A stretch of 19,084 bases of DNA, from IMG/VR virus record IMGVR_UViG_2609459794_000003; one strand, given 5' to 3'. Shown one piece after another: positions 6,974 to 16,292 of the stretch. The stretch is from a virus. Lineage: Duplodnaviria; Heunggongvirae; Uroviricota; Caudoviricetes. Each line of letters starts with the position of its first letter. Position 1 is the stretch's first letter. Under the pieces are notes generated by a model. That model was not told the origin of the DNA. It searched no databases and was given only the letters and a program-made list of their open reading frames with translations. A program made the position numbers and the translations under genes.

Positions 6974-7513
6974 ATGCAACCACTTACATACCAACAGACT
7001 AGCGGATTTAGCCCGACTGCGGTGATAAATCGTTCTCAAACAAAACAGGTGCCAGGCCACGAAAAAATCCGTGATGCCGTCCGCGCCTGGTCGGCTGTAG
7101 ATAATCAGGATGTCGTTGCCACACTCATTGTGAATGAGTATCGGGAGCAGGGCGGCGGCACCATCGATTTCCCTGATGATGTCAGCCGTGCACGCCAGAA
7201 GCTGTTCCGCTTCCTCGATAACAAATTCGATTCTGAAAAATACCGAAATAACGTGCGTGAACTGACCCCGGCAATTCTGGCGGTACTACCGCTGGAATAT
7301 CGCGGTTACCTGGTTGAGCAGGATAGCTTCATGGCTAGGTTGGCTGAAATGGAAAAGGAACTCAGTGAGGCAAAACAGGCTGTCATTCTCAACGCACCAC
7401 GCCACCAGAAACTGAAGGAAATTAGTGAAGGTATTGTGTCGATGTTTCGTGTGGACCCAGATCTGGCTGGTCCATTGATGGCGATGGTTACTACCATGCT
7501 GGGGGCGATATGA
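6974..7513 (+). CDS. YdaT-like protein in the cII position
   Basis: 179-aa ORF with AAGGAG RBS. Motifs EYREQGGG and LTPAILAVLPLEYR resemble the Rac prophage YdaT family as recalled. Confidence 0.55.
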   Translation: MQPLTYQQTSGFSPTAVINRSQTKQVPGHEKIRDAVRAWSAVDNQDVVATLIVNEYREQGGGTIDFPDDVSRARQKLFRFLDNKFDSEKYRNNVRELTPAILAVLPLEYRGYLVEQDSFMARLAEMEKELSEAKQAVILNAPRHQKLKEISEGIVSMFRVDPDLAGPLMAMVTTMLGAI

Positions 7514-7599
7514 CAGGTTCAGAAATGGCGAAAGCCGGTCTGCTGGAACAGAACCGACTTTCAGGTGCAAATCGTAACACACTCATTGCGGGAGGAATT

Positions 7600-8529
7600 A
7601 TGGCAAACACTGCTGAGATATTCAATTTTCCAGTGCCGGATGCGGCACAAAAGGAGCCGCGCGTGGCAGATCTCGATGATGGTTATACGCGCATTGCAAA
7701 TGAGTTGCTGGAAGCTGTGATGCTGGCCGGATTAACACAGCACCAGCTTCTGGTCTTCCTGGCTGTCATGCGCAAAACATATGGCTTTAATAAAAAACTG
7801 GATTGGGTGAGCAACGAGCAACTGTCCGAATTGACCGGGATATTGCCGCACAAGTGTTCTGCTGCAAAAAGTGTTCTGGTAAAGCGTGGGATTTTGATTC
7901 AGAGCGGGCGGAATATCGGTATTAATAATGTGGTCAGTGAATGGTCAACATTACCCGAATCAGGTAAGAAAAATAAAGTTTACCTGAAAGAGGTAAATAT
8001 ACCTGAATCAGGTAAGAAAAGTTTACCCAAATCAGGTAAAGGCGTTTACCCGAATCAGGTAAACACAAAAGACAAACTAACAAAAGACAATATAAAACCT
8101 TTTTCGTCCGAGAATTCTGGCGAATCCTCTGACCAGCCAGAAAACGATCTTCCTGTGGTGAAACCGGATGCTGCAATTCAGAGCGGCAGCAAGTGGGGGA
8201 CAGCAGAAGACCTGACCGCCGCAGAGTGGATGTTTGACATGGTGAAGACTATCGCACCATCAGCCAGAAAACCGAATTTTGCTGGGTGGGCTAACGATAT
8301 CCGCCTGATGCGTGAACGTGACGGACGTAACCACCGCGACATGTGCGTGCTGTTCCGCTGGGCATGCCAGGACAACTTCTGGTCCGGTAACGTGCTAAGT
8401 CCGGCCAAACTCCGCGACAAGTGGACCCAACTCGAAATTAACCGTAACAAGCAACAGGCAGGCGTGATAGCCAGCAAACCAAAACTCGACCTGACAAACA
8501 CAGACTGGATTTACGGGGTGGATCTATGA
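7600..8529 (+). CDS. O: replication initiator O (lambda-O-like; divergent N-terminal iteron-binding domain, lambda-like C-terminus)
   Basis: GGAGG RBS at 7591-7595, then MANTAEIFNF...RVADLDDGYTRIANELLEAV...; C-terminus ...KPKLDLTNTDWIYGVDL as in lambda O. The listed ORF starts 30 codons upstream at 7510. Confidence 0.9.
   Translation: MANTAEIFNFPVPDAAQKEPRVADLDDGYTRIANELLEAVMLAGLTQHQLLVFLAVMRKTYGFNKKLDWVSNEQLSELTGILPHKCSAAKSVLVKRGILIQSGRNIGINNVVSEWSTLPESGKKNKVYLKEVNIPESGKKSLPKSGKGVYPNQVNTKDKLTKDNIKPFSSENSGESSDQPENDLPVVKPDAAIQSGSKWGTAEDLTAAEWMFDMVKTIAPSARKPNFAGWANDIRLMRERDGRNHRDMCVLFRWACQDNFWSGNVLSPAKLRDKWTQLEINRNKQQAGVIASKPKLDLTNTDWIYGVDL
7951..8105. repeat. origin of replication: four palindromic iterons plus an AT-rich segment inside the O gene
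   Basis: Direct repeats ACC(C/T)(G/A)AATCAGGTAA at 7951-7968, 7999-8016, 8022-8040 and 8045-8064, each an internal palindrome (ACCTGA-A-TCAGGT), with a degenerate copy at 7979-7996. They are followed by the A-rich tract ACACAAAAGACAAACTAACAAAAGACAATATAAAACC. Confidence 0.75.
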
Positions 8530-9227
8530 AAAACATCGCCGCACAGATGGTTAACTTTGACCGTGAGCAGATGCGTCGGATCGCCAACAACATGCCGGAA
8601 AAGTACGACGAAAAGCCGCAGGTACAGCAGGTAGCGCAGATCATCAACGGTGTGTTCAGCCAGTTACTGGCAACTTTCCCGGCGAGCCTGGCTAACCGGG
8701 ACCAGAACGAACTGAACGAAATCCGCCGCCAGTGGGTTCTGGCTTTCCGGGAAAACGGGATCACCACGATGGAACAGGTTAACGCAGGAATGCGCGTAGC
8801 CCGTCGGCAGAATCGACCATTCCTGCCATCACCCGGGCAGTTTGTTGCCTGGTGCCGGGAAGAAGCATCCGTTACCGCCGGGCTGCCAAACGCCAGCGAG
8901 CTGGTTGATATGGTTTACGAGTATTGCCGGAAACGTGGCCTGTATCCGGATGCAGAGTCTTATCCGTGGAAATCAAACGCGCACTACTGGCTGGTTACCA
9001 ACCTGTATCAGAACATGCGGGCCAATGCGCTGACTGATGCGGAATTACGGCGCAAGGCTGCCGATGAACTGGCCTGTATGACAGCGCGAATTAACCGTGA
9101 TGAGGCGATACCTGAACCAGTAAAACAACTTCCTGTCATGGGCGGTAGACCTCTAAATCGTGCACAGGCTCTGGCGAAGATCGCAGAAATCAAAGCTAAG
9201 TTTGGGCTGAAAGGAGCAAGTGTATGA
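8526..9227 (+). CDS. P: replication protein P (DnaB helicase loader), lambda-type
   Basis: 233-aa ORF MKNIAAQMVNFDREQMRRIANNMPEKYDEKPQVQQVAQIINGVFSQLLATF... matching lambda P as recalled; its start overlaps the O stop. Confidence 0.95.
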   Translation: MKNIAAQMVNFDREQMRRIANNMPEKYDEKPQVQQVAQIINGVFSQLLATFPASLANRDQNELNEIRRQWVLAFRENGITTMEQVNAGMRVARRQNRPFLPSPGQFVAWCREEASVTAGLPNASELVDMVYEYCRKRGLYPDAESYPWKSNAHYWLVTNLYQNMRANALTDAELRRKAADELACMTARINRDEAIPEPVKQLPVMGGRPLNRAQALAKIAEIKAKFGLKGASV

Positions 9228-9526
9228 CGGGCAAAGAGGCAATTATTCATTACCTGGGGACGCATAAGAGCTTCTGTGCACAGGACGTTGCCGCGGTAAC
9301 AGGCGCAACCGTAACCAGCATAAATCAGGCTGCGGCTAAAATGGCGCGGGCAGGAATCCTGGTCGTTGATGGTAAGGTCTGGCGAACGGTGTATTACCGG
9401 TTCGCTACCAGAGAAGAACGGGAAGGAAAGGTGAGCACGAATCTGATTTTTAAGGAGTGTCGCCAGAGTGCCGCGATGAAACGGGTATTGAGGGTATATA
9501 AAAGAACATCAATGGGTACACAATGA
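9224..9526 (+). CDS. ren: Ren-like protein (Rex-exclusion resistance), C-terminus divergent
   Basis: MTGKEAIIHYLGTHKSFCAQDVAAVTGATVTSINQAAAKMARAGILVVDGKVWRTVYYRFATREEREGK... matches lambda Ren as recalled; the last ~10 residues differ where the low-GC island begins. Confidence 0.8.
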   Translation: MTGKEAIIHYLGTHKSFCAQDVAAVTGATVTSINQAAAKMARAGILVVDGKVWRTVYYRFATREEREGKVSTNLIFKECRQSAAMKRVLRVYKRTSMGTQ

Positions 9527-9593
9527 TGAAACAGGTGAGTTGAGTTCAAACTGTAGTACAATTCTCTCCAGTTTGAACAGGAAAGAATATGCT

Positions 9594-9926
9594 ATGAACC
9601 CTTATATTTATCTTGGTGGTGCAATACTTGCAGAGGTCATTGGTACAACCTTAATGAAGTTTTCAGAAGGTTTTACACGGTTATGGCCATCTGTTGGTAC
9701 AATTATTTGTTATTGTGCATCATTCTGGTTATTAGCTCAGACGCTGGCTTATATTCCTACAGGGATTGCTTATGCTATCTGGTCAGGAGTCGGTATTGTC
9801 CTGATTAGCTTACTGTCATGGGGACTTTTCGGCCAACGGCTGGACCTGCCAGCCATTATAGGCATGATGTTGATTTGTGCCGGTGTGTTGGTTATTAATT
9901 TATTGTCACGAAGCACACCACATTAA
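9594..9926 (+). CDS. emrE: small multidrug resistance (SMR) efflux transporter EmrE
   Basis: 110-aa, 4-TM ORF MNPYIYLGGAILAEVIGTTLMKFSEGFTRLWPSVGTIICYCASFWLLAQTLAYIPTGIAYAIWSG... with the conserved membrane-embedded Glu in the first helix (AEVIGT). Confidence 0.95.
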   Translation: MNPYIYLGGAILAEVIGTTLMKFSEGFTRLWPSVGTIICYCASFWLLAQTLAYIPTGIAYAIWSGVGIVLISLLSWGLFGQRLDLPAIIGMMLICAGVLVINLLSRSTPH

Positions 9927-9956
9927 AATAATTTGTTTCTAAACGACTAAAATATG

Positions 9957-9996
9957 GAGGCTCTTATATTTATATGAGCCTCGTTTTATGCTTTTT
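9957..9996 (+). terminator. putative terminator after emrE
   Basis: GAGGCTC-ttatatttatat-GAGCCTC (7-bp stem) followed by GTTTTATGCTTTTT. Confidence 0.5.
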
Positions 9997-10180
9997 GTTA
10001 ATGTCTTTATTTTTTATGTATTCTTTTGTGCTTTCAAGATTATGGCGTAAGAAAATTGCAATACGATTATTGTTGTATATTCAAGATAATGTGACCTTAA
10101 TTGTCTTTTTAAATAAAAATTAAACAAAAATTATATCCCACCACTAAGGTTTATAAAAGCATACGTTAGCAGGTGTCACC

Positions 10181-11707
10181 ATGAAAAAAGCCATAGCATA
10201 TATGCGATTTTCATCACCAGGTCAGATGTCTGGTGACTCATTAAACCGACAGAGAAGACTTATTGCTGAATGGTTAAAGGTAAATAGTGATTATTATCTT
10301 GATACCATAACATATGAAGATTTAGGATTAAGTGCATTCAAAGGAAAGCATGCACAATCAGGAGCTTTTTCGGAATTTTTAGATGCTATAGAGCATGGTT
10401 ATATATTGCCAGGAACTACATTGTTAGTTGAAAGTCTGGACAGACTTTCAAGAGAAAAAGTCGGTGAAGCGATTGAACGTCTGAAATTGATTTTGAATCA
10501 CGGTATTGATGTTATAACTCTTTGCGACAATACAGTCTATAATATTGACTCTTTGAATGAGCCATATTCATTAATAAAAGCCATACTTATAGCACAAAGG
10601 GCAAATGAAGAAAGCGAGATAAAGTCAAGTCGGGTTAAATTATCATGGAAGAAAAAACGGCAGGATGCACTGGAATCAGGTACGATTATGACGGCGTCTT
10701 GTCCGAGATGGCTCTCCTTAGATGACAAAAGAACGGCTTTTGTTCCAGACCCCGACAGGGTGAAAACTATTGAGCTAATTTTTAAACTCAGGATGGAAAG
10801 GCGCTCATTGAATGCAATAGCCAAGTATTTAAATGATCATGCTGTAAAGAATTTCTCAGGAAAAGAAAGTGCATGGGGACCTTCTGTAATTGAAAAATTA
10901 TTAGCGAATAAAGCTCTGATAGGTATATGCGTACCTTCATATCGTGCAAGAGGGAAAGGGATAAGTGAAATCGCTGGCTATTATCCCAGAGTCATATCAG
11001 ATGATTTGTTTTACGCTGTACAGGAAATTCGGTTGGCACCTTTTGGTATTAGCAATAGTAGCAAGAATCCTATGCTAATAAATCTACTTCGAACAGTTAT
11101 GAAGTGTGAGGCTTGTGGTAATACCATGATTGTTCATGCGGTATCTGGAAGTTTGCATGGCTATTATGTTTGTCCGATGAGAAGATTACATCGATGTGAC
11201 AGGCCATCAATAAAAAGAGATTTGGTTGATTATAATATCATTAATGAATTGCTTTTTAATTGTAGCAAAATTCAACCAGTTGAAAACAAGAAAGATGCTA
11301 ATGAAACTTTAGAGTTAAAAATTATTGAGCTTCAGATGAAAATTAATAATTTAATCGTTGCATTGTCTGTCGCGCCTGAAGTTACCGCTATAGCAGAGAA
11401 AATAAGACTATTAGATAAGGAATTACGAAGGGCTTCGGTATCATTGAAAACTTTGAAGAGTAAAGGTGTAAATTCATTCAGTGATTTTTATGCTATTGAC
11501 TTAACCAGTAAAAATGGACGAGAGTTATGCCGTACACTTGCCTATAAAACATTCGAAAAAATCATAATTAATACGGATAATAAAACCTGTGATATCTATT
11601 TTATGAATGGCATTGTTTTTAAACACTATCCTTTAATGAAAGTAATATCCGCCCAGCAGGCGATAAGTGCTCTCAAATATATGGTTGATGGTGAGATTTA
11701 TTTCTAA
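10181..11707 (+). CDS. ybcK: large serine recombinase (resolvase/invertase catalytic domain, recombinase domain, zinc ribbon)
   Basis: 508-aa ORF with N-terminal serine-recombinase motif (AIAYMRFSSPGQ...SLNRQ), Cys cluster CEACGN...YYVCPMRRLHRCD and a C-terminal coiled-coil-like region. Low-GC gene. Confidence 0.9.
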   Translation: MKKAIAYMRFSSPGQMSGDSLNRQRRLIAEWLKVNSDYYLDTITYEDLGLSAFKGKHAQSGAFSEFLDAIEHGYILPGTTLLVESLDRLSREKVGEAIERLKLILNHGIDVITLCDNTVYNIDSLNEPYSLIKAILIAQRANEESEIKSSRVKLSWKKKRQDALESGTIMTASCPRWLSLDDKRTAFVPDPDRVKTIELIFKLRMERRSLNAIAKYLNDHAVKNFSGKESAWGPSVIEKLLANKALIGICVPSYRARGKGISEIAGYYPRVISDDLFYAVQEIRLAPFGISNSSKNPMLINLLRTVMKCEACGNTMIVHAVSGSLHGYYVCPMRRLHRCDRPSIKRDLVDYNIINELLFNCSKIQPVENKKDANETLELKIIELQMKINNLIVALSVAPEVTAIAEKIRLLDKELRRASVSLKTLKSKGVNSFSDFYAIDLTSKNGRELCRTLAYKTFEKIIINTDNKTCDIYFMNGIVFKHYPLMKVISAQQAISALKYMVDGEIYF

Positions 11708-12171
11708 ATAATGATCTCGGATTTTAAGTTATGCTATGGTGATAAAGTGCAAGACAGAATTAATTATCTTTGACGAAACTTAATGGGTAATTACTTTGTT
11801 TGCTCCCACAAGCGAGTTTTGTACGGCTGTATTGGGGTAGTAAATGAGCTATACAATCTTAATCATTTGTTAGGTGAGAACTCTTGGTCGCAGATTCAAA
11901 TACTGAAAATACGTGACAAATTATTATGAGCAAAATGGTGTATGTCACGTATTTTGAATGGTAGGTTAAAAAATAACACCGACTTTCGTAGGTATTACTA
12001 ATAATAAAGCAGAGTTTTTAGATAGTATCAATGTGCTTTGTGTATATTGTGGCAAATAATTGGGTTGGGGGTACAATTGTGATTGCTTTTGCATAAACAT
12101 TGCGCCTTTATGCATAATGAGATAAAGGAATATCAAATAAAATAACGATAGGTCATAACAAAGAGGTTTTT

Positions 12172-12723
12172 ATGAAAACACTTATCGTTTCAACTGTATT
12201 GGCATTCATAACATTTTCTGCGCAGGCTGCAGCATTTCAGGTCACTAGTAATGAAATAAAAACAGGAGAGCAACTTACAACGTCTCATGTCTTTTCTGGA
12301 TTTGGGTGTGAAGGTGGTAATACATCGCCCTCATTAACCTGGTCTGGTGTTCCTGAAGGTACCAAAAGCTTTGCCGTAACTGTATATGATCCAGATGCAC
12401 CTACAGGCAGTGGTTGGTGGCATTGGACTGTTGTTAATATTCCAGCAACAATAACATATTTGCCCGTTGATGCAGGGAGACGTGATGGAACAAAACTGCC
12501 GACTGGTGCTGTTCAAGGCCGAAATGATTTTGGCTATGCTGGGTTTGGTGGCGCATGTCCTCCTAAAGGAGATAAACCACATCATTACCAGTTTAAAGTA
12601 TGGGCTCTAAAAACTGAAAAGATTCCTGTAGATTCTAACTCCAGCGGAGCGTTAGTTGGTTATATGCTTAATGCTAATAAAATCGCAACCGCTGAGATAA
12701 CACCAGTTTATGAGATAAAGTAG
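12172..12723 (+). CDS. ybcL: secreted PEBP/RKIP-family protein (YbcL-like)
   Basis: 183-aa ORF with signal peptide MKTLIVSTVLAFITFSAQAAA and PEBP-type motifs (YDPDAP, GxHHY). Confidence 0.85.
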   Translation: MKTLIVSTVLAFITFSAQAAAFQVTSNEIKTGEQLTTSHVFSGFGCEGGNTSPSLTWSGVPEGTKSFAVTVYDPDAPTGSGWWHWTVVNIPATITYLPVDAGRRDGTKLPTGAVQGRNDFGYAGFGGACPPKGDKPHHYQFKVWALKTEKIPVDSNSSGALVGYMLNANKIATAEITPVYEIK

Positions 12724-12732
12724 GGTGAGAGT

Positions 12733-13530
12733 ATGCTGGCAAGAGGTAAGACTAACTTAAAGATCGAAGAAATACGGATGCATAAACATCATGAGATTCA
12801 TAGGGTTAAGCCTCTTATGCCAGCTTTGTGTCGTATCCGTCAGGGAAAGAAAGTTATCAATTGGGAGACGCATACTTTAACTGTTGATAATAATCAAATA
12901 ATATTATTTCCTTGTGGTTATGAATTTTATATTGAGAATTATCCTGAAGCAGGGCTTTATCTTGCAGAAATGCTTTACTTACCCATTGATTTAATTGAGA
13001 GTTTCCAAAAACTTTATACGGTAACTGATCAAATACGTAACAAAACAAGTTTCTTTTTACCTCAGAATCCTGAGTTAATATATTGTTGGGAGCAACTAAA
13101 AACATCTGTTTCCCGAGGCTTCTCAACTAAAATTCAGGAGCACTTAGCAATGGGCGTTCTACTTTCGTTAGGAGTGAATCATGTTAATCATTTACTTTTA
13201 TCATATAGTAAACAATCATTGATAAGTCGTTGTTATAACCTGCTGCTATCCGAACCCGGCACAAAATGGACAGCAAACAAGGTTGCTCGATATCTCTACA
13301 TTTCTGTTTCTACATTACATCGCCGTCTAGCAAGCGAGGGGGTAAGTTTCCAAAGTATACTGGACGATGTGAGGTTAAATAATGCGTTGTCTGCTATACA
13401 AACGACGGTAAAACCTATAAGCGAGATTGCCAGAGAAAATGGTTATAAGTGTCCTTCTCGTTTTACTGAAAGATTTCATAATCGTTTTAATATAACACCA
13501 AGAGAGATAAGAAAAGCTTCCAGAGAGTAA
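12733..13530 (+). CDS. ybcM: AraC/XylS-family transcriptional regulator (YbcM-like)
   Basis: 265-aa ORF with C-terminal AraC-type double HTH (...[40 protein letters not shown]...[30 protein letters not shown]...). Confidence 0.8.
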
Positions 13531-13646
13531 AAGTGTTTTAAGAAGGAGCAATTCTATCGATTTTGATTTTGGGAAATCAACACGGCATAATTATGTCACC
13601 GGAGCCTGAACAACTCCGGTGACTTCTGCGCTAAACGGGGACGTTT

Positions 13647-13748
13647 ATGCGCACATACAATCCAAACTCTCTTCTCCCTTCACAGATGCAGAAATGCACC
13701 TGCAATTCTTTGCATCTAGCGTTTGACCTCTGCGGAGGTGAAGCGTGA
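13647..13748 (+). CDS. ylcH: possible 33-aa small protein (YlcH-like)
   Basis: ATG at 13647 to TGA at 13746-13748 encodes [33 protein letters not shown]; its stop overlaps the ybcN GTG start. The assignment rests on position and length only. Confidence 0.35.
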
Positions 13749-14200
13749 ACCTCTCACAAGACGGCATCAAATTACATCGCGGCAACTTCACCGCTATCGG
13801 TCGGCAGATCCAGCCTTATCTGGAGGAGGGCAAATGCTTTCGCATGGTGCTTAAACCGTGGCGTGAGAAACGCAGTCTTTCCCAGAATGCACTCAGCCAC
13901 ATGTGGTACAGCGAAATCAGTGAATACCTCATCAGCAGGGGTAAAACGTTCGCCACTCCAGCTTGGGTAAAAGATGCTCTCAAACACACATATCTCGGTT
14001 ATGAAACCAAAGACCTGGTTGATGTCGTAACCGGTGATATCACCACTATCCAGTCGTTACGCCATACCTCCGATCTTGATACCGGAGAGATGTATGTCTT
14101 CCTGTGTAAGGTTGAAGCCTGGGCGGTGAATATTGGCTGCCACCTGACTATTCCGCAGAGCTGCGAGTTCCAGCTGCTCCGCGACAAGCAGGAGGCGTAA
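13745..14200 (+). CDS. ybcN: NinB-family protein (YbcN-like)
   Basis: 151-aa ORF with GTG start; nin-region position upstream of ninE; sequence matches DLP12 YbcN as recalled. Confidence 0.8.
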
Positions 14201-14370
14201 TGGCTACACCGCTTATTCGTGTCATGAACGGACACATCTACAGAGTATCAAATCGTCGTAAGCGTAAGCCTGAGCTGAAGCCATCCGAAATACCAACACT
14301 GCTCGGATATACCGCTAGCCTGGTTGATAAAAAATGGTTGCGACTGGCAGCAAGGAGGAATCATGGCTGA
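14200..14370 (+). CDS. ninE: NinE-like small protein
   Basis: 56-aa [59 protein letters not shown]; its ATG overlaps the ybcN stop (TAATG). Below the ORF-track cutoff. Confidence 0.7.
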   Translation: MATPLIRVMNGHIYRVSNRRKRKPELKPSEIPTLLGYTASLVDKKWLRLAARRNHG

Positions 14371-14653
14371 TTTGAGAAAAGCAGCGCGTGGTCGGGAATG
14401 CCAGGTAAGAATCCCTGGCGTATGTAATGGCAATTCTGAAACGTCTGTACTGGCACATATCCGGCTGGCTGGATTGTGCGGTACCGGTATCAAACCGCCA
14501 GACCTGATTGCCACCATTGCATGTTCTGCCTGCCACGACGAAATCGACCGCCGCACACATTTTGTCGATGCTGCATATGCAAAAGAATGCGCGCTGGAAG
14601 GTATGGCGAGAACACAGGTTATCTGGCTGAAAGAGGGGGTTATTAAGGCGTGA
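14363..14653 (+). CDS. ybcO: YbcO-like nin-region protein (Cys-rich, putative nuclease)
   Basis: 96-aa [45 protein letters not shown]...CSACHDEID; GGAGG RBS at 14354-14358. Confidence 0.8.
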   Translation: MADLRKAARGRECQVRIPGVCNGNSETSVLAHIRLAGLCGTGIKPPDLIATIACSACHDEIDRRTHFVDAAYAKECALEGMARTQVIWLKEGVIKA

Positions 14654-15012
14654 ATACCTACAGTATCACATTACCCTGGCCTCCGAGCAATAATCGCTAT
14701 TACCGCCATAATCGCGGGCGCACGCACGTCAGTGCAGAGGGGCAGGCATACCGCGATAACGTCGCCCGAATCATTAAAAACGCAATGCTGGATATCGGCC
14801 TGGCTATGCCTGTGAAAATCCGCATTGAGTGCCACATGCCGGATCGCCGTAGCCGTGACCTGGATAATCTGCAAAAAGCCGCTTTTGACGCACTCACTAA
14901 AGCAGGTTTCTGGCTGGATGATGCTCAGGTCGTTGATTACCGCGTTGTGAAGATGCCTGTTACCAAAGGTGGGAGGCTGGAACTGACCATCACCGAAATG
15001 GGGAATGAATGA
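14650..15012 (+). CDS. rusA: RusA Holliday-junction resolvase
   Basis: 120-aa [53 protein letters not shown]...[15 protein letters not shown]... matching RusA as recalled; GTG start overlapping the ybcO stop. Confidence 0.95.
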   Translation: MNTYSITLPWPPSNNRYYRHNRGRTHVSAEGQAYRDNVARIIKNAMLDIGLAMPVKIRIECHMPDRRSRDLDNLQKAAFDALTKAGFWLDDAQVVDYRVVKMPVTKGGRLELTITEMGNE

Positions 15013-15149
15013 TGTTTGAGTTTAATATGGCAGAACTTCTTCGCCACCGCTGGGGGCGTCTGCGCTTATATCGTTTCCCCGGCTCTGTTTTGACCGATTA
15101 CCGAATACTGAAGAATTACGCCAAAACACTGACAGGAGCAGGAGTATGA
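15009..15149 (+). CDS. ylcG: YlcG-like small protein (46 aa)
   Basis: [46 protein letters not shown]; its start overlaps the rusA stop. Below the ORF-track cutoff. Confidence 0.55.
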   Translation: MMFEFNMAELLRHRWGRLRLYRFPGSVLTDYRILKNYAKTLTGAGV

Positions 15150-15234
15150 AGTCAGAGATAACAATCAACTAATACTGTTTTGTTGATTTTTGCTTGTAAT
15201 TGGCGTTCTGGTCTGAGTTTTGTGGAGTAAGTTG

Positions 15235-15612
15235 ATGCGTGATATTCAGATGGTTCTTGAGCGTTGGGGAGCGTGGGCGGCTAATAATCATGAAGATGTG
15301 ACCTGGTCGTCCATTGCCGCCGGTTTTAAGGGATTAATTCCTTCAAAAGTAAAATCTCGCCCGCAATGTTGTGACGATGACGCGATGATCATTTGCGGGT
15401 GCATGGCCCGTCTGAAAAAGAACAACAGCGATTTGCATGATTTATTGGTGGACTATTATGTCGGCGGCATGACTTTTATGGCGCTTGCACGTAAGCATGG
15501 GCGATCTGATTGTTGGGTTGGCAGGATGCTCCAGAAAGCTGAGGGCGTAGTGGAGGGTATGCTGATGGTGTTGGATCTCCGATTGGAGATGGATGCTGAT
15601 TGTTCAAAATAA
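15235..15612 (+). CDS. quuD: late-gene antiterminator Q (QuuD / phage 82/21 type)
   Basis: [62 protein letters not shown]...; Cys-rich zinc-binding region; located immediately upstream of a terminator, as for Q/qut/tR'. Confidence 0.85.
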   Translation: MRDIQMVLERWGAWAANNHEDVTWSSIAAGFKGLIPSKVKSRPQCCDDDAMIICGCMARLKKNNSDLHDLLVDYYVGGMTFMALARKHGRSDCWVGRMLQKAEGVVEGMLMVLDLRLEMDADCSK

Positions 15613-15711
15613 TTAAAGGAAAAGTTGCTGTCTGATTCTCATTAGTCTAACATTTTAAATGTTGGAATCGCAACGTAGTTATTATCATATAACAGCTTGT
15701 TTCCTGATTTA

Positions 15712-15740
15712 GCCAGCCTCCCCAAAGGCTGGTTTTTTTC
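15712..15740 (+). terminator. tR'-like intrinsic terminator downstream of Q, preceded by a putative late promoter region
   Basis: CCAGCC-tccccaaa-GGCTGG followed by TTTTTTT. Candidate PR' upstream: TTGCTG (15625-15630), 17-nt spacer, TAACAT (15648-15653). Confidence 0.6.
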
Positions 15741-15767
15741 TAATAAGTATTATTTCGGGTAGGGATT

Positions 15768-16292
15768 TTATTGTTTAACCCATAATAATTCATTGACATT
15801 GAATCCCAACTTTTGAGCGGTTCGCACATAGTCTGCTTTTACTTTATCTGGAATAGTTGGGGTCCTTGCCAGAATCCATAGGTATTCTCTGTTCGGACCA
15901 CTGACAAGAGCATACTTATACTCATCATCCAGTTTGATTACATTATAGCCACCATAGAAGGGGCCAAAAAACGAAACCTTCAACGCTGCAGTTTTAGTAT
16001 CTCCAGTAAAGTATGCTTTACCTTCGCTCTCGCTCCATTTATTTTTCGTTGGATCGTATCCACGGTTAAGTACACGAATCCCTCCGTCGTTCCGTTTTCC
16101 ATAAGTAGCGCTGACCTGTTCCAGACCACGTTCGAACCGGTTCTCGAGGCGAGCTATTTCATACCATTTTCCGAGGTAGCGGTTGGCGTCAAAATTTGTA
16201 ATCGGCTGCACACCTTTAGGTGGTGTCGGGGCCTTACATGCTATAAGAGTGAAAGAGAGTGCAATGCCAGTCAACACAGGCCATAACTTCAT
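15768..16292 (-). CDS. bacterial lipocalin (Blc-like) outer-membrane lipoprotein
   Basis: 174-aa ORF with signal peptide and lipobox (LTGIALSFTLIAC); lipocalin motifs RYLGKWYEIARLENRFERG and SFFGPFYGGYNVI...YLWILAR. Clearly related to, but divergent from, chromosomal Blc. Confidence 0.8.
   Translation of the reverse strand: MKLWPVLTGIALSFTLIACKAPTPPKGVQPITNFDANRYLGKWYEIARLENRFERGLEQVSATYGKRNDGGIRVLNRGYDPTKNKWSESEGKAYFTGDTKTAALKVSFFGPFYGGYNVIKLDDEYKYALVSGPNREYLWILARTPTIPDKVKADYVRTAQKLGFNVNELLWVKQ

Noticed and set aside
7951-8064. Short direct repeats that could be mistaken for a CRISPR array
   Set aside because: Only four copies, irregular spacing, internal palindromes and location inside the O gene followed by an AT-rich tract; this is the lambdoid ori iteron pattern, not a repeat-spacer array.
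7934-8767. Minus-strand ORFs (80, 107 and 109 aa) antisense to O and P
   Set aside because: They lie entirely within strongly supported plus-strand genes, have no RBS and low-complexity composition; treated as frame artefacts.
10537-10824. 95-aa minus-strand ORF inside ybcK
   Set aside because: Antisense to the serine recombinase gene with no start-site support.
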